NCBI GenBank assembly: GCA_013002535.1
Contig: JABDJK010000038.1
Coordinates: 27,804-91,803 of the forward strand
Source: Hyphococcus sp.
GTDB taxonomy: Bacteria; Pseudomonadota; Alphaproteobacteria; Caulobacterales; Parvularculaceae
Length of the DNA: 64,000 nt
Direction of reading: 5' to 3'
Shown here: positions 59,653-64,000 of the stretch, piece after piece
Layout of the letters: each line of letters opens with the position of its first letter
Position numbering within the stretch: the first letter of the stretch is position 1
The notes under the pieces: model-generated
Database searches by the model: none
The model's input: only the letters and a program-made list of their open reading frames with translations
What the model was told of the DNA's origin: nothing
Position numbers and translations under genes: made by a program

Positions 59653-61914
59653 TTGAGGCGAAAGAATATCATGAATGGTGCGGCGTCAGGGGCAATGAGC
59701 AAACGCGGGCGCGCAGACGCGCAGGCGGACAACTCAATACAGGTTATTTTAACCACGCAATATGCTCGGTATTTGCATATCACGTGCTGGGCGATCTTGT
59801 TGTTGCCTTTAACCTCCCTAACCGTTGCCGCGTTTTGGTATGTTGCGACGATTGCCGCCGGCGCCGGGCGCTCCTATCTCGAACGATATTTGAACAAGCG
59901 AAAAAAAGGCGAGAGCCTTTTGACGTCCTCACAATACGGGTTCATCGCCATGGCGTCTTGCTCCTTTTGGGCGGCCGCGCCGGTGATCGCAGTCACCTCT
60001 GGTCATCCTTACGGCGCCGCGGCGGCGATGTTCTTTATCATCAATGGTTATATGCTGGCGTTCGCACAATTTAGAACGACGCCAACAAATGCATTACTAG
60101 CGACCTCGCCTTATGCGGTTGCCTATGTCGCATGTTTGGGCGTTGTCGCAGGGACGTCGATGTTCACGGTGATGATCGCGGCATTGCCGGTGTTCATCGC
60201 AAGCGTCAGCTACGTTTTGATGTATGGCGTTCTTTCGCAGCGAGAGCTCGACAAAGCCAACGACGATCGCGAAAAATTAATCGAGGAACTGGAAGAAGCC
60301 TGGGTTGCTGCTGAACGCGCGTCGGCGGCGAAATCCATGTTCCTTGCAAATATGAGCCACGAAATCAGGACGCCGATGAATGGCGTTCTTGGGATGGCGG
60401 AATTGCTGGCGGCGACACGGCTAGATAATTCGCAACGCATTTTTGCCGACACCATTCACAAATCTGGCGCAGCGCTTCTCACAATTATCAATGACATTCT
60501 CGATTTCTCAAAGATCGAAGCCGGCAGGCTGCATCTCGATGTGGCGCCGTTTGATTTGCAGGCGTCCATTGAGGACGTTGCTGCGCTTTCAACTGCACGA
60601 GCGCAAGAAAAAGATATTGAAATTATAATTCGCTTCCAGCCGGATTTGCCAACCCATCTCAGCGGGGATGGCGGACGCATTCGCCAGATTGTCACCAATC
60701 TTGTCGGTAATGCCGTCAAGTTTACATCAGAAGGATATGTCCTGATCGATGTTAGCGGCGTCAGCGAAAATGATATCTCGAATTTCCGCATTAGCGTGAA
60801 AGACACGGGCGTCGGCATTTCTGCTGAGAAGGTCGAGAAGATATTCGACGCCTTTGAACAGGCCGATACGACGACAACGCGTGAATTCGGCGGCACTGGT
60901 CTTGGACTTTCGATTTCAAAAAAATTGACTGAAGCTATGGGCGGCGAAATCAGCGTTCAATCAGTGTTCGGAAAAGGCTCGACTTTCAGCATAGATTTGT
61001 CTCTGCCTGTAGAAGAGCCCGAAGAACTCTCCTGGCAGTCAACATTCTCAGCAGACGGACGGCGTATCCTGATTGTTGACGATATTGACGTCAATCGCGA
61101 TATCCTGACAGAACAGCTTCGCAGCTGGGGGTTCAGAACAGAAACTGCGCCGAGCGGCGCTAAAGCGCTCGAAGAGTTGGCGGAAGCAAAGAGCGCTGGC
61201 GATCCATTCGCGCTTGCCATTCTCGATTTCATGATGCCTGAGATGGACGGCGAAGAACTGGCGCAAAAAATTCGCGAGAATGACGACTTTGCCGACACGA
61301 AATTAATGGTGCTGACATCGGTGGATCGCTCGAACGAATCTCATCGGTTGCGAGAATTGGGCGTTGAGGCTTATCTCGTGAAACCAGCGCGAGCGTCGCT
61401 GATTTTTGAAACGCTGAGCGGCGTATTTAAAGAAGGACCAGCGGAAATTGAAGCAGATGACGAAGCCGTCGCCGAAATGCCAAAGGTTCGAAATGCGCCA
61501 TTTACGAATAAAGTGAAAATTCTTCTCGCCGAAGACAACGAAGTTAATCAACTCGTCATAAAGCATATGCTCAGCCCGAATGAGTTTGACCTGACCGTCG
61601 TCGGCGACGGCATGGCTGCATTTGAAACGGCAAAATCGGGTGAAACATTCGACGTCGTTCTGATGGATATTTCGATGCCGATCCTCGACGGCTACGAGGC
61701 CGCGCGTCGCATACGTGAATGGGAGCGGCTCACCAGCCGCGAGCGCATGCCTATCGTTTGCCTTACGGCGCATGTCCTGCAGGAAGATATGGATCGCTGT
61801 TATGCGGCGGGCATGGATGATTTCATCGCCAAGCCGGTCAATCGCGAAAGATTACTGGAAACGATCGATCGGGCGCTAAATTCGCAAATTTCAATCGTGT
61901 CCGACGTCGGTTAG
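59653..61914 (+). CDS. Membrane hybrid histidine kinase with two receiver domains (alternative start 59671)
   Basis: [39 protein letters not shown]; receivers LDFMMP and MDISMP. Confidence 0.95.
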   Translation: MRRKNIMNGAASGAMSKRGRADAQADNSIQVILTTQYARYLHITCWAILLLPLTSLTVAAFWYVATIAAGAGRSYLERYLNKRKKGESLLTSSQYGFIAMASCSFWAAAPVIAVTSGHPYGAAAAMFFIINGYMLAFAQFRTTPTNALLATSPYAVAYVACLGVVAGTSMFTVMIAALPVFIASVSYVLMYGVLSQRELDKANDDREKLIEELEEAWVAAERASAAKSMFLANMSHEIRTPMNGVLGMAELLAATRLDNSQRIFADTIHKSGAALLTIINDILDFSKIEAGRLHLDVAPFDLQASIEDVAALSTARAQEKDIEIIIRFQPDLPTHLSGDGGRIRQIVTNLVGNAVKFTSEGYVLIDVSGVSENDISNFRISVKDTGVGISAEKVEKIFDAFEQADTTTTREFGGTGLGLSISKKLTEAMGGEISVQSVFGKGSTFSIDLSLPVEEPEELSWQSTFSADGRRILIVDDIDVNRDILTEQLRSWGFRTETAPSGAKALEELAEAKSAGDPFALAILDFMMPEMDGEELAQKIRENDDFADTKLMVLTSVDRSNESHRLRELGVEAYLVKPARASLIFETLSGVFKEGPAEIEADDEAVAEMPKVRNAPFTNKVKILLAEDNEVNQLVIKHMLSPNEFDLTVVGDGMAAFETAKSGETFDVVLMDISMPILDGYEAARRIREWERLTSRERMPIVCLTAHVLQEDMDRCYAAGMDDFIAKPVNRERLLETIDRALNSQISIVSDVG

Positions 61915-62657
61915 CTCGCGAGCCGTTCCATTTCCTCATCGGAAATCTCGAAATTTGCGTAAACATTTTGTACGTCATCGCAATCGTCGAGGGCGTTCAT
62001 GAGTTTCATCAGCGTGTCAGCCTTGTCACCTTCGATTTCAATCGTGTTTTGCGGTTTCCATAATGGTTTTGCTGATTGCGGTTCGCCAAATTTCTTTTCC
62101 AGCGCGGTCGCGACATCGGCCAATTGATCAAACGCGCAATAGATTTCGTGGGTTTCCTCTGACGATTGAACATCTTCGGCGCCGGCTTCAATTGCGCCTT
62201 CCAGCATTTCATCTTCTGAGCAAACACTTGCCGGGTATTCGATATAGCCGACGAGATCGAACATGAATGAAACGGAACCGGTTTCACCCAAATTGCCGCC
62301 ATTCTTGGAAAAGATCGCGCGAATATCGCCGGCGGCGCGATTGCGATTGTCAGTTAGCGCTTCGACGATAATGCCAATGCCATTTGGACCAAATCCTTCA
62401 TAGCGGATTTCTTCAAATGCCGCCTCGTCCGCATTCGTCGACTTTTTGATTGCCCGCTCGATATTATCCTTCGGCATGGACTGGCCTTTTGCGGCCTGAA
62501 TGGCGAGGCGCAGTCGCGGGTTAAATTCGGGGTCCGGCGCGCCCATTTTTGCCGCGATTGTGATCTCTTTGGAAAGCTTGGAAAACATCTTTGACCGTTT
62601 GGCGTCTTGTCGGCCTTTGCGATGCTGAATATTCGCCCATTTACTGTGTCCGGCCAT
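61911..62657 (-). CDS. yebC: YebC/PmpR-family protein
   Basis: [42 protein letters not shown]. Confidence 0.95.
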   Translation of the reverse strand: MAGHSKWANIQHRKGRQDAKRSKMFSKLSKEITIAAKMGAPDPEFNPRLRLAIQAAKGQSMPKDNIERAIKKSTNADEAAFEEIRYEGFGPNGIGIIVEALTDNRNRAAGDIRAIFSKNGGNLGETGSVSFMFDLVGYIEYPASVCSEDEMLEGAIEAGAEDVQSSEETHEIYCAFDQLADVATALEKKFGEPQSAKPLWKPQNTIEIEGDKADTLMKLMNALDDCDDVQNVYANFEISDEEMERLAS

Positions 62658-62815
62658 TATTCCCTCAATCTTTCACATTCGAATTCGCAGGCGTTGGCCG
62701 CGTTCGTTTACACGGGAAGACAAGGCGCTTTCAAGGGTCGCAAGCCGCAAATTCTTCGCGCTTCTTGACCGATTGATCTGGCCCGCGTCACACTGCGCCG
62801 TGGGAGATGAGATCC

Positions 62816-64000
62816 ATGGCAAAACCGATCGAAAGCATCACAATTGTCGGCGGGGGAACGTCCGGCTGGATAGCTGCGTGTTATCTGGCGCGAATTTTCG
62901 GCGAAAAAGTGCGCACGCAACAACTCAAGATTACCGTCATTGAAAGTCCGGATGTCGGCATTATCGGTGTCGGTGAGTCGACAGCGCGGCCAATGTCGGA
63001 CCTCCTGCGCATTCTCGGCGTCCCGGAATCTGAATTCATCAAGCGATGCAATGCGACGTTCAAGCTTGGCGGGCTTTTCACAAACTGGGATTTCGATACG
63101 AATGGGAAGCCGATTACCTGGGTTAATCCATTTTTTTCGCAGACCGATATCAACGGGTTTAATCCGGCGGCGGCATTTGCAAGTTTCGCTATGGACCAGA
63201 ATGGGGAACCAACCGGAGAAGATTTCACAGAGGCAATTTCTGTTTGCCCTGAAATGATCCGCGGCCGTCGGGGACCACGGGCAATTGGCGCTCAAGACTA
63301 CCAGTCGGACATTCCCTATTCCTATCACATGGATGCGGTAGAACTCGCCGCTATATTGATGGAGCAGGGAAAGCGCCTCGGCGTACGGCAAATTCTGGAT
63401 CACGTAAATGACGTTAAACTTGATGAGAGAGGCTACGTCAGTGACCTGACATTAAAGGAAAATGGCGACTACCCGGTTGAATTCATTATTGACGCTACCG
63501 GCTTCGCCTCCATTATCATCGGCAAGGCGCTTGGCGAGCCGTTTGAACCCTATAAAAAATATCTCCTCAATGATCGCGCGGCTGTTGCACAACTGCCCCA
63601 TGAAGATCCAACGAAAATTGAACCGACTTCGCGCGCTACGGGCATGAACGCCGGCTGGTCGTTTCGGGTGCCGCTCTTCAATCGTGTTGGCTCGGGTTAC
63701 ATCTATTCAAGTGATTTTATTTCCGATGATGAAGCTATCGCAGAATTCAAAGCGCTCGCCGGCGACGCTGCAAAGGGCGCTGAACCGCGCGTCATTCGAA
63801 TGCGAATCGGAAAAACGCGCCGTTCCTGGGTGAAGAACTGCGTTGCGCTCGGGCTATCTAGCGGATTTGTCGAACCGCTTGAAGCAACCGCGATTTATTC
63901 CGTGCATGTGGCGCTGCAATGGCTCGTTTCGTATTTTCCCGACAGCGACTTCGATCCGGCAGTAGCGGCGCGGTACAATAAAATGATCGACGGGCTATAT
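62816..64000 (+). CDS. Tryptophan-halogenase-family flavoprotein, 3' truncated (absent from the ORF track)
   Basis: IVGGGTSGW, IGVGEST, NATFKLG, YSYHMDA, FIIDATGF, GLSSGFVEPLEAT; frame open to the window end. Confidence 0.93.
   Translation, partial: MAKPIESITIVGGGTSGWIAACYLARIFGEKVRTQQLKITVIESPDVGIIGVGESTARPMSDLLRILGVPESEFIKRCNATFKLGGLFTNWDFDTNGKPITWVNPFFSQTDINGFNPAAAFASFAMDQNGEPTGEDFTEAISVCPEMIRGRRGPRAIGAQDYQSDIPYSYHMDAVELAAILMEQGKRLGVRQILDHVNDVKLDERGYVSDLTLKENGDYPVEFIIDATGFASIIIGKALGEPFEPYKKYLLNDRAAVAQLPHEDPTKIEPTSRATGMNAGWSFRVPLFNRVGSGYIYSSDFISDDEAIAEFKALAGDAAKGAEPRVIRMRIGKTRRSWVKNCVALGLSSGFVEPLEATAIYSVHVALQWLVSYFPDSDFDPAVAARYNKMIDGLY

Noticed and set aside
62708-63403. 231-aa minus-strand ORF
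   Set aside because: Shadow of the plus-strand halogenase frame.

Overview
A gene-dense chromosomal segment of an alphaproteobacterium. Gene styles resemble Caulobacterales/Parvularculales-type marine organisms, which is an inference. It opens with the end of an exopolysaccharide/exosortase locus (GT4, GT2, EpsD-, EpsF-, EpsG-like, exosortase, EpsI, GT2), followed by MscS, a PilZ protein, peptidases and amino-acid transporters, ffh-rpsP, a lipoprotein-type catalase-peroxidase KatG, an EF-hand/ECF sigma/anti-sigma/periplasmic metal-sensor module, mdh, a TonB-dependent receptor, phoD, trmD-rplS, betA with a short BCCT carrier, efp, a hybrid histidine kinase, yebC and a right-truncated tryptophan-halogenase-family gene. 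No rRNA, tRNA, CRISPR array, transposase or integrase was recognised. Most notable observations: (1) a translationally coupled tandem array of four DUF6090-like membrane-anchored paralogues with near-identical N-termini and divergent C-termini, whose last copy is decaying; (2) an EpsG-like BY-kinase homologue with all catalytic motifs lost but an MshEN-like 24+5+24 c-di-GMP-binding architecture; (3) rpsP and trmD-rplS about 32 kb apart on opposite strands with no rimM between them; (4) two deletion scars not shown in the ORF track (OsmC/alpha-beta hydrolase and glutaredoxin-MauE); (5) an uncharacterised XRE-regulator islet. Family names come from motif recognition by eye; no database searches were run.
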